64,000 nucleotides of DNA from Octopus vulgaris (Eukaryota). Below the pieces are notes generated by a model that was not told where the DNA came from, searched no databases, and saw only the letters and a program-made list of their open reading frames with translations. A program made the translations under genes and the position numbers. This document shows, piece after piece, positions 28,429-42,649 of the stretch (position 1 is its first letter; each line of letters starts with the position of its first letter). The DNA lies in contig OX597827.1 in the NCBI GenBank assembly GCA_951406725.2, positions 82,212,001 through 82,276,000 on the forward strand. The letters are read 5' to 3'.

Positions 28429-29478
28429 GAGAGAGAGTTAACTATATGTTTTTGTCAAAACATTCTTGTTTACAACCTCAGCAACAACAACATCAATACC
28501 ACCATCCAACCTCCCCGCCCCCACCCATCGTATTTACCAAATTCCATGTCTTGCTACAGTTTCTCAGTGCCATATTCTATAGTTCTACATTTAAAGCAAT
28601 GGATTTTTTTTCACTTAACCTTCTCACATTCTCTGGACACACATTCCATAACTGTCACAGGCCACTTCTTCTTCTTCTTCATCTTTTTGTCCTTCTTCAT
28701 TCTTCTTCTTTTCTTCCTCCTCCTCCTTCTTGTGTTTGTATACGCATGTATGTGGTATACATATTTACATTCTTATATATATATATACACACACACACAC
28801 GCACATATATATATATATTAATAAATAAAATAAAACATATGCATATATAAACATATATACACACATATATATACACACGTATACATATACATATATATAT
28901 TTATATATATGCGTGTGCATTTTTGTATCATCATCATCATTGCCATTTATACCATCATCATCATCATCACCGTCGTCTTTGTCGTCGTCATTTTATGTCT
29001 ATTTGTTCCCATTTCTTCATGTGTTTGACAAGTTCTATCCAATTCTGTCTCATTTCTCCGACACAGTGTCAAGCTACTTGTCATCATTTGGCATTTTCTT
29101 TCATGAACATCAGCAACACAAGTTCAATTCCAGCCCCATTTTCCTATGTCTTTCTTAGTTGCCTCTTTCAAAGGTTCCTTCTATTTCTCTTTTCTAGCCA
29201 CCCAGTTGCTCTCCTCCTCCATGTGCATCATATCTCCACATCTCTGTTCACCTCCATCTTAACCTGGCACTTTACATCTAAGTCCACAGACACATATTTA
29301 TTTTGCCTTCCTTTCAGTTTCTGCAGTTCCCATAATTCATCCACAACACTATATGAATAGAAAAACACTGATGCTGGCTGTCACATAAAAATCACCCAGT
29401 CCACTCTGTAGAGTGGTTGGCATTAGGAAGGGCACACGGCTGTAGAAACACTGCCAGATCAGACTGGTGCCTGGTGCA

Positions 29479-29518
<40 letters not shown>

Positions 29519-29570
29519 CACACATACATTTATGTATGTTTGCATTTATATACATTATATATATATATAT

Positions 29571-30027
29571 AGTGGTAAAACAAGGCACCACTGTTTACAG
29601 GAATAGCAGTCGATAATTTTACAATACTATCGTAAAGCTTCACTATATATTCTGGCAAAGATGTGTACAGGCAGCGAACATAAAAAATTTCATCTTACCT
29701 CTAGGAAGAACATTAGATAAATGGGGAACACAGAATTGAATATTCTAGGACCTAGGTATCAGACTCTATGTTTGTTATAGTAAATTTGATTAGTCCTCCA
29801 CAGCTAGATTTACCAAGTTGGTGCCAGTATACTCGCCTGAACGCCTAGCACTGTAAAGGTAAAAATATAAATATAGGAGAGTGGTACAACAAGGCACCAA
29901 TGATTACTGGCAATAGCAGTCGATAATCTCACGACACTATCTTAAAGCTTCACTGTATATATTCTGGCAAAGGTGTCTGCTGGCAGTGAACATAAAAAAG
30001 TTCATCTTACCTCTAGAAAAAACATTA
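29571..30027 (-). mobile_element. About 1.5 tandem copies of a 309-bp non-coding unit carrying a hammerhead-like motif (retrozyme-like)
   Basis: AGTGGTA.AACAAGGCACCA begins at 29571 and again at 29880; the unit abuts (TA)n. Confidence 0.6.
29744..29808 (-). ncRNA. Type I hammerhead-like motif, A6U core with A14U change
   Basis: Minus strand: tctag CTGTGGA ggact-(26 nt)-agtct GATAC ctag GTC ctaga. Stem III is the palindrome ACCTAGGT. Confidence 0.6.
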
Positions 30028-30213
30028 ACTACACTTGCTATGGGCTTCTTTCTATCTCTCAAATCTACTCAGAAGGCTCTGGTTGCCCTGGGGCTATAGC
30101 AGAAGACTAGCCCAATAGGTCATGCAGTGGGACTGAACCTGAAACCATGTGATACTGAAGTGACTACTCAAATACACAGCCACATTTGCACTTTATATAT
30201 ATACACACACACA

Positions 30214-31071
30214 CAAGGTGTGATGGGTAAATTGTCACCATTTTATATCTTAATTTCGCACATATGCATTGTTTGTTTTTGATTTTGTTGAGTAGGGTCA
30301 GTCGGGCACCATCTGTGAGAAAAACAGCACCATGACACAATTCACTCTGCAAGAAATTTGAAAACGACATGCTGTACTGCTTGGCATTCATGCTGGAAGC
30401 TTCAATAGGAACATTTCAGAGTGTTTTGGTGTCAATCTGAGGACATGTACCAAGAGTGATAAAAATCAAACATCCAGTCAACATCATTGTGTTTTGAGTG
30501 ATCATTAGTGATGGCAACATTATCCCTCCATTCATCTTCCTACATAGCCTCAACTCAACACGAAGGCCTACATCAAGTGCCTGGAGGAGGTAGTGCTGCC
30601 TTGAGTCAAGAGGGTGGCTGCTGGAAGACTCTATGTCAGGCAACAGGACTCTGCACCACGCCACAAAAGCAGAAGCACCCAATCATGGCTGTTAGATAAT
30701 TTCTGCAACCACATTACCCATAACATCTGGCCACCTAACCCCACAGACTGCAAACCCATCAATTACTATGTGTGGGGCATAGTTGAGCGAAAGATCAACA
30801 AATCTCCTTGTGACACCAAAGATGAGCTGAAAGCAAGGATTATGGCAGCCTTGACCAACTTAAACAAAGAGACTGTCCAGAAGAGTTGCAGGAGATTCTC
30901 AAGCTGCCTGGAGACCGTGGCTGAAGCCAATGGCAATTTTATTGGATGAATTTTCTCTCCAGTATTTCAAGATTTTTTATGCAGTTTTGATAAATATGTC
31001 TGTTAAAATGAGATGTCAGTGTTATTTTCATTTTTGCATAATTTAGACAACAGTTTATTGACCAAACCCTG
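30214..31071 (+). mobile_element. Internally deleted Tc1/mariner element, maT (DD37D) type
   Basis: QQDSAP..WPPNPTDCKPINYYVW has 37 residues between the second D and the third catalytic position (here N). Degenerate TIRs CAAGGTGTGATGGGTAAATTGT and ACAGTTTATTGACCAAACCCTG-TA. Confidence 0.8.
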
Positions 31072-31164
31072 TATATGTGTGTGTAATATGACCACTAAAC
31101 CATTTATGTATATGAATATGTGTGTGTGTGTATGTATACACACACACACACACACACATATATA

Positions 31165-31335
31165 TAGCTGAAATTTACAGAAAGTCAAAAGACAAAGACA
31201 GGTGTATAAACAACAAGCAGATGTATTAGTGTAACACTCAGGAAGTGAGAAAGTCTTTTACGTTTTGAGCCTACGCTCTTCAACAGAAAGGAAGATAAGG
31301 AAACAGAGAGAGAGAGAATAAAAAGAGAGTGAGAA
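31165..31335 (-). mobile_element. Short HHR-bearing repeat, same family as 60285-60487 and 63007-63180; motif at 31255-31290
   Basis: Minus strand: cttt CTGTTGA a gagc-gtag-gctc AAAAC GTA aaag (A6U, G12A), followed by the shared TTCCTGAG.GT..TAATAC. Confidence 0.6.
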
Positions 31336-31464
31336 TAAATATATAATGTATATATATCTGAACAAAACACTGAAACACTAAGGTCTGAAATAAGATGTTA
31401 CTACTGTTAATGTCATATGTGGATAAAATTTAAAATTGATGATTCCAACAATAGTAACAATAGT

Positions 31465-31513
<49 letters not shown>

Positions 31514-31951
31514 ACATATATATATTTATATGTATGTACATATAGATAGATATATATATATGCATGAATGCATATATATTAGATGCTTAACTTCTAAATC
31601 TATTAGAATTATTAACAGTTTCATAATAATTGAAGAGCAAATTATAAAGTAAACAGCTTTTATACTTATTATGTGTGTTTGTGTGTACGCAGATGCATGT
31701 ATGCATATTTATATATCATGCATGTGTGTGTCTATGGAAGTGTACATGTGCATAAACTGTATGTGTGTGTACATGTGCATAAACTTCTAAGACCTCAAAT
31801 ATATTCTTCTGTCCCCATTACATTTTAAAAAAGGGCATATTCAGCTAAAATATCAAATCATTAAATGTTTAAGCTAAATGTTTAATGTTTCTTCTAATGA
31901 ATACTTAATACTTTCCCAATTGCATGGCCATGGCTTTCTAAATTACTGTTC

Positions 31952-31984
<33 letters not shown>

Positions 31985-32779
31985 CTTAGACTATTAATAT
32001 ACATATATATCTTTTCCAGACCCCAGTTGAACTGTCCAACCCATGCTAGCATGGAAAGCGGACGTTAAACGATAATGATGATGATACAGTCATATGTATG
32101 AATGAATATATATGTATGCACACACACACACACATCCGCACGCATTTGTGTTTGTGGATATAAGTATATATACACTGTAGTTGAGGATGCCATTCTGTTA
32201 GTGCTCAGAGTTTAACACATGTCAGAATACAAACAGAGAGTAATCTCAAAGGTCCAACAAAGAAATACTCACTTCTACAGAGATGAGTAATGGTTCATCT
32301 TATTTGTGAGTTAAAATATGCACACACACAAAGACTCCCACTCATGTGTACGTATATATATATGTACACACACACATACATATATCACATATATCAGGTT
32401 GTATATATGCATAAATATATAATTATTTTGTACATTTTTTACCCTTCAAATATGTCTGCATATTTCTATCAATTAATATGTAAATATACATGCTTTTATA
32501 TGAGTGTGTATATTATATATATATATGTAAATATACATAGATATATATATGCATGCATGTATGTATATATCATATATGCCTATTAATGTTTGGCTCTCTA
32601 TATATTAGTTCATAAGAAAATAATGTAAGAAAACTGTACCTAATACATTAATACATACAGTAATTTTTATTCATTCATTTGAAACCTGACGCCTCAGCTT
32701 CCAATATCAATATGTGTGTGTGTGTGTGTGTTTAGATATATATGCATTTGTATATATGTATATGTATGTATAAATATGT

Positions 32780-33110
<331 letters not shown>

Positions 33111-34712
33111 GGTATATATACATTTACATGCATATATAGAGGCATACATATACACATGTACACACACACATATATATAAATGTGCACAATGATAATACAT
33201 CTCTACACATATTTATCAATAAATTAAATTTTCTCCATCCTGGTTTTCATATCTCAGTAACCAAGGTAACAGAATATAGATTCTGTTCTGGAGAGCAACT
33301 TCATTTGGTTTCTAATGAAAATATCACTTTTTATCTACTTATTTATGTTTGTGGTTGTATGTGTTCATATAGCCATAAAAAGTAACATTTAAAGAACTAT
33401 CTATCTGTCCATCTACACATTGCTCTCCCTCCCTCGCTCTCTCTTTGTATATGCACACACATATATATATACATGTATGTATGTAAAACTATTTGTCTGT
33501 TTCTATTTATTTATATGATAGATGGTCAAATTGATATCAGTTTCTCTCTTCCCCCTCTCTACCCTCCACCTCTCTCTGTCCTCCATCACTTCCTGTCTCC
33601 CTCAATCAGCCTTTTTATTTGTCTTTTCCTATATCTCACAATCTTCTTTGACACACATTCATATACAGACTTGTATATATGTGCGTATATCAAAGTATAT
33701 AAATGTGTATATGCGTATAGATGGATAAAGAGATAGTCAAACCAAGAGATGCCTGGACAAATGGATGGACAGCTAGACAGAGAGACTGGTAGATAGTTTG
33801 TCTCAGATGAACAAAAATAGGGGAACATCTTTCATTCTGCATAGATATTAAACCTACAGCTGTTTCTTGTTTTATCTTTTTCATTAATGATTTTGTTTTC
33901 ATATTTTCATACAAATCACTTGTAGTTGTTTTGAAACAATAAAACACTAAAATCAATGACCTCCTTATTAATTCCCAGCAACAAGCCATTAACATATACA
34001 CTGTAGAATAAGCCTCAAATGACCACTTTAACTGATAAGCTACATTGCAAACAAAAAAGGTTGTAAACTTCATGACTCTAACTGCTACACTGACCATTCA
34101 AATAGAGTTAATACTCCATCATTGGCTCATCATGTACCTACAGCAAGGAACAGTTACAACATGCATCATCTCACCATAAATTAGATTGGCACATATTAGC
34201 TGACCCCCACATCTATGCCTTATAGCATTCCTTGTAAAAATATGTGATTAATGATCAAAGTATTAAGTATATCTCAGTATAATGCTAAAATATACACTCA
34301 AACACTGTATAATATCTTGAAATAAACATGATTGACTACCTACATCTAATAATCAAATTTTATATGAATTGACCTAGTTTCAGCTCATGAGCTGTGGTCA
34401 TGCTGGGGCACTGCCATATATGTTGGAAATAAAGTTCATATGAATTAAATGTTCCCACAAACAAGAGGCAGTTAGGTGTACAGATTACCTATCTTGATGA
34501 AGTCTTGAAACTTGGATAATGAATTTTAAAATGCTTTGTTCGAAACAAACAAGAAAAATATAAATGAATCTCAATAAAAATGATAAAACGGGAACATAGA
34601 TATGTTTTCAATACATACAAACATACATTTATTTTTCTATTTACCTGTCTAACTATCTATTTATCTGTCTGTCTCTCTTTCCATATGTATACATAAACAT
34701 ATATACATATAA

Positions 34713-34943
34713 GGCGGTGAGCTGGCAGAAACGTTAGCACGCCGGGCGAAATGCGTAGCCGTATTTCGTCCATCGTTATGTTCTGAGTTCAAATTCCGCC
34801 GAGGTCGACTTTGCCTTTCTTCCTTTCGGGGTCGATAAATAAAGTACCAGTTACACACTGGGGTCGATGTAATCGACTTAATCCCTTTGTCTGTCCTTGT
34901 TTGTCCCCTCTATGTTTAGCCCTTTGTGGGCAGTAAAGAAATA
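34713..34943 (+). mobile_element. Full-length young SINE family A
   Basis: GGCGGTGAGCTGGCAGAAACGTTAGCAC..GAGTTCAAATTCCGCCGAGGTCGACTTTGCC..GTAAAGAAATA, with CpGs retained. Confidence 0.9.
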
Positions 34944-34974
34944 TATATACATATATATATATATGCTGTAGTCA

Positions 34975-35237
34975 CACTTCCTCGGTTTCTCAATGCAAAG
35001 AAGACTAAACTGGGTACATGACCATCAATAAAGAGGAAAGCTTTCTGCAAATTTGGTTCCAGTGCTAGCTCCACATGACGCAAGGTGGTAAGTGATATCA
35101 AGTACCTTGGATCTGCACTAGTGAAAGGAACAAAGGCATCTCTATACACAAGGGTCAACCCTGGATTGTCTGCAACATATTCGGAAACATCTGGGACTCA
35201 CTTATATGCTATCCAAAGTCAATAAATAAATAAATAA
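34975..35237 (+). mobile_element. Possible LINE RT fragment ending in (TAAA)n
   Basis: FLNAKKTK and SDIKYLGS resemble non-LTR RT domain 6/7 motifs. Confidence 0.4.
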
Positions 35238-35732
35238 GACAACTGACCATCTGTCTGCCTGTCTGTTTACCAGTCTATCTGTGCACAATCAGACAGAAAT
35301 ATATTCTGTCCTAAACAACAATAAAGGAGCAATCGAAAAAACTTGTATTAAGTGAAAGACAGTTAAAATTTAACAAAACATTCCAAATATAATTCTGACC
35401 AACTTTCCAAGAAATCAATTTTCAAGAAAAATAGTTCCAAATCAAAAAGGAAGGAATTGAAGAAATGACAGATATTCTGTGAAAGAAGAGTTTGCATTTA
35501 ATTCTCTTTATTTACACCAAATCTTCAGAAATAACAAAATACTAAAAAAATTTAGTCTTGTCATTAAATATTCAAGTCTGGTAAATAAGATGATTAATTT
35601 TCAAGATTATCACAGTTTTATGGTTGATAATCTGAAAAGTACTATATATATATTTATATATATACATGCACACATACATACACACACACACACTCACATA
35701 TATATATATATACATACACACACACACATACA

Positions 35733-35775
<43 letters not shown>

Positions 35776-35924
35776 TTATATCAATAGAGTAAATACTATT
35801 TGGTTCATACATTCAGAAGAGAAAACTATTCTGTGTAAAGGTATTATAATATAATGCAAGCTGAAAATTCCTTGTGATGCTGAGTTTCACATGGTAACAA
35901 CAACAACAACAATAATTGCATTGC

Positions 35925-36570
35925 AATTAGACAATTGCCTACAGAGTGGTGCAGTTCCAGAGTGGATTGTAGAGGGAAAGAGACCATTGTTGATGAAAAA
36001 TCAGTCAAAGGGCAACGAGGTTGGCAAATATTGACCCATTGCTTGTCTTAACCTCTTATGGAAAATATTAACAGGCATACTCGCAGGGAAAATATATATT
36101 CATTCCTTGCAGAAAAAACTACTCCCATTAGAACAAAACGGATGCTGCAACGGATCCAAGGGCACAAAGGACCACCTTGTCATAGACAAAGTTGTAATGA
36201 AAAACTGCAAGCAATACCAAAAAAACTTATGTGTGGCCTGGATAAACTTTAAAAAAGCTTACAACCTGTTGCTGCATTCATGGATTTTGGAAAGACTCGA
36301 CATGTGTGGAATAGGTGAGAACATGTGTGCATTGATTAAGAATAGTTATGCCCAGTTGGAAAACATGTCTTTTCTGTGACAGCCAGCACTTAGCTGAGGT
36401 AACAATCAAAAGAGGTCTCTTCCAGGGAAATTCTTGTTCACTTTTGTTATTTGTTATAGCCTTGATCCTACTCTCAGTAGTCCTACACAGTCAACAGGCA
36501 CTATGAGCTGAGAAAGAATGGAGACCTCATCTCAACCACCTTCTCTTCATGAATGATTTAAAACTGATCT
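35925..36570 (+). mobile_element. Dong/R4-type LINE reverse transcriptase relic (frameshifted)
   Basis: Y*PIACLN, EQNGC..GTKDHLVID, AWINFKKAYN..HSWI, RGLFQGNS and NHLLFMNDLKL correspond to RT domains 1-5; the relic runs into (AAT)n. Confidence 0.85.
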
Positions 36571-36689
36571 CAATAATAATAATAATAACAATGATAATGA
36601 TAATAATAATAATGATGATGATAATAATAATAGTAGTAGCACTTAACTATCAACATGGCTCAAAAAGATTGTTATAAATGTAAGGATAG

Positions 36690-36845
36690 AACACCTATAA
36701 AAAGTCAGCATTGTTTGGAAGTGCAAGAATTCTCTGCATTCTTCTTGAAGTATGACCATTAAGCAAGTGTCACCTTAGTCTGCTGAGCGTGGACAGCCGA
36801 CACTTTCCATCATACCCAGCAAAATAAGCTGAGTTTTCATCAAAT
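36690..36845 (+). mobile_element. 3' end of a Dong/R4-type LINE in (TAA)n
   Basis: KKSALFGSARILCILLEV* plus a UTR matching the reverse complement of 14940-15070. Confidence 0.7.
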
Positions 36846-37235
36846 AATGATAATACTAATAATAATTTCTTTATTGACCTCAAAAGGTTTACATCAATAA
36901 TAACAGTATGGGACACAGGATAAAACATTGAATGTGTGTGCGTATGTTGGGAGGGTTTTGTGGGTAAACAGATTGAACATAAAAACAAAAATTAGTAATT
37001 TATAGTCTGATGTAACTCTTCACAAAGGTAAATAAGCAAATGAGAAGAGCACCATATGCAATAGAGATTACTGAATGGATGTAAAATTAAAAAATTCAAA
37101 ATATGAAGAAGGAAATCCTGCATCCCTTTTTAGATAAAATAACATCAATCAGTTTTCACCTTTCTACAACAGGTAACAATGAAAAAGAAAAAAGAAATAA
37201 AGAAGAAAAGAAAAAAAAAAAAGGAAGGAGAATAC

Positions 37236-39300
37236 TTAGTCAAACAGTTTTCTGTAAATGCAATGAAATCCACCTGTTTTTTTATTGATACCTTCAGGGT
37301 GTGACATTAGCAATTCACAAATATATTTATCCCCAGGCATCATGAGGACTGAAAGTGTTGTAGAGTCAAAATATTTTCTGAAAATGTGAACTTTCAGGTG
37401 TTCCTCAAAATTGCAGCCACTTGATGTAAAATGTTCGGCAAGTTCTGTTGTGTCTGACGTCATAGCTGTGCCCAATCGTTTGTTTAATTGTTCTGTTGTA
37501 CAACTTATATAAATCAAGCTGTGTTTGGTGCATTCTGTTGTGCGTATAACAAATGGGAATTCTTACACGTCTCACCTTCTGTATGAATCATAACATTTCT
37601 GCTATGATTCATGATGGAATTAACTTGATACATGTTATTGCACAATGAACAAGGCTTACCCCTCTTGTGGCCGTTTTTCAAGGTGTTGTGTTCAGAAACT
37701 CCAATGTTAGTTTTCTTGGAGTCAGAAGTAAAGGTTAATAGTTCTCTTATATTTAAATTCCGTCTGAAGGCTACAATAAGTGGCTGAGAGAATACTTGTT
37801 TGAAACGAGGGTATTTTTCTGCAACAAGCTGGTAACTTTCATGCAACACTTTTAAAATGCCAGCAAAATTTCAATGCCAGTTAATCACTAAAAGAATTCA
37901 CAAATTTTACTTTGGCTGCTAAAATTAAGGATGCGAGTTTGACTTTGCTTGCTAATTTTAGTTGTGTCATTTGTGATTTCCTTTAGTTGTGATTCACTGT
38001 AACCACATGTGACATAATGGCATACAAAAGCATGTTCCCAGTAATCCCCCTATATCAGTACAAATCTGTTTTATCTTCAAAAATTAGAATTTCAAGTTTG
38101 ACTTATATGTATGATGTGGAGGGTTGGAATGGTAATGAAGGTTAATGTGGGATGATGTAGGCTTGCGAAATAACTCTGTCACTATTCAACCTTCTGGAAA
38201 AGTAACTTTTCTGTCCAAAAATTTAGACATAAATTCTATAATGGAGTTAAAGCCATAGTTTTTTGCATGACAGTTACAGAAATGCAAAAATTTAACTAGA
38301 CTGTCATGTGATCCTTCTCAGACAACCTTTTCATGCACCGAAATAATGTCAAAAACTGTTTTATGCTAACCACAGATGTTTCTTCACTTCACCCCTATAT
38401 TGACCATAATGAAGGGGTGGAAGCTTGTATATGAATGCCTTTGGAAACTGGTTGAACAAAAGTATTCCATCAAATTTTCTTTGTAAGTTATTAAAGTTTG
38501 TATTACAAAGTAACACAATGAAGTTTGCACAAAAATTTTACCACCGGATGAGGGATTGCACATAAAAAGCACCATCCGAACATGGCTGGTGGCACATAAA
38601 AAGCACCTCCGAACGTGGCCGGTGGCATGTAAAAAGCACTATCTAAATGTAGCCGTTGCCAGCCTACTCTGGCCCCTGTGCCGGTGGCACATAAAAAGCA
38701 CCCACTACACTCATGGAGTGGTTGGCATTAGGAAGGGCATCCAGCTGTAGAAACACTGCCAGATCAGACTGGAGCCTGGTGCAGCCTCCTGGCTTCCCAG
38801 ACCCGGTCGAACCATCCAACCCATGCTAGCATGGAAAATGAATGTTAAATGATGATAATGATGATGAGGGATTGCACCATAAGTACCCCTATGGTAGTTA
38901 ATTTTGCTAATGTCTTCATGAAAAAATTCAAGACAGAAAATGCCATAACTTTTTCCCTTTTTCAACTGAGATAATTTCTTCTATGTCCTGGAGTGTTTGT
39001 TGCTTGACGAAAGGGAAAATTTAATCCAGTGCTATCTTTTTTAAGCGAAGACATGGTTTCACTCTTCGCTCTGTCCTGGTTTATCTCCTGAACCAAAGAA
39101 GTGCTGTTAAGCTGCACAAAATTCTCCCATCTATATATTTTTTCTTTTTATAACTGTGATAAATCTAAAAGTTCTCAATATTTTGTGTTGAGGAAAGGTT
39201 CAGAGTCCCACAGATTCTACTTGACCATATTTGGGATCATTTAAGAATAGCTTCTATTTGTTGGTATTGTTTGGACTCAATTGAGTTTTGTCGACATTTT
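37236..39300 (-). mobile_element. Decayed Penelope-like element (RT plus GIY-YIG endonuclease)
   Basis: FLD..TELFRKPTSSHINLHYHSNPP (about 38115-38225); FSQPLIVAFRRNLNIRELL..KPCSLC..TCKNSHLLY; LIYISCTTEQLNKR..LAEHF..HPEGINKK. The boundary near 39300 is uncertain. Confidence 0.8.
38562..38862 (+). mobile_element. RTE 3' UTR fragment nested in the Penelope relic, 15-bp TSD
   Basis: TSD GATGAGGGATTGCAC at 38547-38561 and 38863-38877; (GAT)n tail. Confidence 0.9.
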
Positions 39301-40639
39301 TATCTATTCCTTGTTCATTGTACTCTTCATGTGGCCCCAGTGGCTAGGGTGTTGCACTCATGATTGCTACGTCATGGGTTCGATTTCTGGACCAAGTGGC
39401 ACATTATGTTCTTGAGCAAAACCCTTTCATTTCACATTGTTCCAGTCCACTCAGCTGTAAATTGGTCCACCACTGCAATGGAATAACCTTCTGATGAGGA
39501 AGAATGTTCGTTTGCTCACCTAACCAGCAGGGTGGCATCATTTCAAAGCTAACAAAGAAAAGTACATTGTGATCAGTGATGTATAACATTTGAGAGTCTG
39601 GTCAGTGCCATGAAACCATCACACTCTTCATATTCTTCTTCCTCTTCTACATTTAATTGTGTGCTGACAAGTTCCATCTACCCAGTTCTCCCCATAATGT
39701 ATTGGTCGACCAGAGGCCCATGGCATTGTGTCATGTGGGTCAATCCCAGGTCTACACGGTTCCAACATGATCTTCTCAGCAACAACGACCACTCTGTCAC
39801 CAAAGAAGAAATACGATTTTAAGGTAAAAAAATACCCACAAATATAAAATTAAAATTTGCCAGTAAAACCTTTCTTTTTTTTGAAATATTTTGGAAATGG
39901 TTTGAATCTAACTTGTGATATTTTATTCAAATATTCAATCTGTCTGTGTGTCTTACTTATGGTTGCTGGCCGTGATCTTCACTAGTTCACCTGAGGTTAA
40001 TAGACTCAAACTCAATTGGAATGGTTCTATAGTAATTAGTTTTGATTATGGAGATTATATAGCTTTGTGAACTGGTGCCAACTGGAAAGATTGGTCTGAT
40101 GAGGTTTTTGTTAAATCTCTTCAATGAAGTTGTTTTAACCAGGGACTGTGGTTTGGTGATGGTGGGAGGTGGCAGTGGCAGTGGTGGTTGCGATAGTAGT
40201 AGTGGTGGTGGTGGGGCAAATGATGAGGGTGGTGGTGGTGGTGGTCGAAGCAGTGTTGGTAGTGTTGGAAGTGTTGATCACTTCATTACAAAACCTGGCT
40301 CACATCACCTCATTTACTCTGTACTCCATATGTACAACAAAAAGTACTAAAGCAACAACATTTACATTGACTACAACAACAACTACAGCAATATACATAA
40401 TTAGAAAGATAGAAAAAGAGAAAGAGATTGTAACACCCACAAAACACACACACATACACAAGCATCACACATGCGCACATACAAACATATATGCATATAT
40501 ATTTGTATGCATGCATGTATGTATTATATATGAATAAATATTTATATACATAAATATATGTAATGCATAATGTAGACTTCAAGTCACTTTCACATAGTCT
40601 CAAAAAATTCAGTCTATAATAAGAGCCACTACACAATCA

Positions 40640-40810
40640 GAATTTCATCTGACAGAGAAGTCTTTAACAATGCTTCACACTGCTATAATAATGTCTTAAA
40701 AGAGAGTGGTTTCCACGAGAAATACAAACCATTCTACATTGTAACATGTCACAAAGCCATCAAGGATGTCACGTTTGGTTTAACCCTCAACTTAAGACTA
40801 AATGTGCTTC
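40640..40810 (+). mobile_element. Fragment of a second Penelope-like element (RT-EN linker)
   Basis: ISSDREVFNNASHCYNNVLKESGF..VWFNP resembles the PLE pattern SSxxxxFxxAxxxYxxALxxSG..IWFNPP. Confidence 0.6.
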
Positions 40811-41759
40811 CTGTTATCACTTATACAGAGACACTTTCAGCAGCCCACGAAGATGTCCAGTTGCTTACAGGACAAACATAATTCCATCGATGCTGATTCT
40901 ATATCTGTCTTTGTTTCTATGATGTTGTGGTTGTTGCTGTTGCCTCATCTACTTTAGCTTGTTGCTAAAGGGTCTGTCAGTCTGTCGCAGGTATGGTTTA
41001 TGTATTGGTATTCCTGTTGGATTATTTCCATGAGTCTTGATTTTCTATGTGGTGTGATGGTATCCTTAGGCTCATGTAGCAGGCTCCTTCTTGCCTTTTT
41101 TGGTACTGCCAGATTTTCATCTTTATCTCCTTCATGACGTTCAATAACATTTGTGCGTTTCAACAAGCATGTGACCCAATGAATGTATTTAAATTTTTAT
41201 TGGCCTAATGACCATCACTACAGACAAGATAACTCATACCAGGATGGAAAGCAGACATTAAAGGATGATGATGATAAGCTGGCGAGCTGGCACAATTGTT
41301 TGTACACCGGGTATATTTGTATGTATGTATGTTTGTGCCATCACCATGTAAAAAGCAACTGTGGTGGAGTCACGTAAAAACACCCCCTGTTTCCTTCTGT
41401 AAAGTGGTTGGCATTAGGGAGGGCATCAACCATAAAAAGCATGCTAAAACAGACAACCGATTCTTGCTGCAGCCCTCCAGCTCGCCACCTCCTCTTATAC
41501 CATCCAACCCATGTCAGCAAGGGACAACAGACTTTAAATGATGGTGATGATGATGATGACACATCTGTGTATTATAAAGCAGTCACCATATTTCATTCCA
41601 TAACGGCTACCTTTGAAGAGTGTAGGGTTACATAACTGGACTGTTATCTAATACTCATTGAACCCCTATTGCGAAACCAACTGGTAAGGTTGACCCTAAT
41701 GGATATATGACACTGTACACTTCAATTACTGTGTGTGTGTGTATATATATACACACATA

Positions 41760-42649
41760 TACATATCAGAAACTTCCCAGACAAGTTATGCTAAATAAAA
41801 AATAACTTATTTAGCAAAATTTTAACATCATTCTTTGTGCAGCAACACACCAGTTCCAGTATTTTCGCCACTTTGGAATCCAGCCTGGAAGTCGTTTTCT
41901 GTAAGTGAATCGAGAACCTTCTGTGATTCACTCTTAATTTTGATAATGGTTTTAAAGTAGTGACCTTTGAGCTGCATTTTCATCTTGGAGAAGAGATAGA
42001 AGTACACAAGTGCTAAATCTGGTGAGTAGGGTGGGTGTGGATGTGATACCATGTTGTTTCTGGTGAGAAGCTCATGAGTAAGGAAAGCTCGGTGACAATT
42101 GTCGCCATGAAGAGTCCAGTTCTTTATACTCCCCAGATATGGCTGCTTTCATCAAATGTCCTCCCTCAAACGCTTCAAAACATTACAGTAGAACTCTCGA
42201 TTGACAGTCTGGCCCTGGGGGATGAATCCTTGATGCACAATACCACATTTCCAGAGGTGACCCTCGTAGCAGGTTTTCCAGATCAGTCATCCTATTCCAG
42301 GGATGTCCTTCCACTTTTGAAGCACCAGTGCCACTCAAAGCATTGCATACAACCCATTGCCTCGTTGCCGTAAGCTTGCCGAAGCACACTCAATGGGTCT
42401 GTAGCAGAACCCCCAAGTTTAAGCAAAATTTCATGTTGGCCTTTGTTCCTGTCTTTGACAAAAATCACAGACCACAGCATACATGCGATCACAAAAATAC
42501 AAATTTCACAACTTGCAAAGTAAACACAACGATATCACTCAACACTGCCTCATGAAGGTCACTGCTAGCTCTCACTGCACACACAATCGTGTGCTGCCAT
42601 CTGTTGGCATGCTACAGAACTGGTCTGGGGACTTTTTAATACCACCTCA
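41760..42649 (-). mobile_element. Internally deleted mariner element
   Basis: N-terminal LKLGGSAT..LRQAYGNEAM..FEWHWCFKSGRTSLE and C-terminal HPPYSPDLALVYFYLFSKMK. Degenerate TIRs at about 41764-41787 and 42617-42649, followed by TA. Confidence 0.85.

Noticed and set aside
34490-34520. TTGATGA agtctt GAAAC ttg gata as a hammerhead
   Set aside because: No NUH triplet or stem III; compatible with chance.
34713-34800. tRNA genes at SINE heads
   Set aside because: A and B boxes are present but there is no cloverleaf, and the heads run into SINE bodies, some with TSDs.
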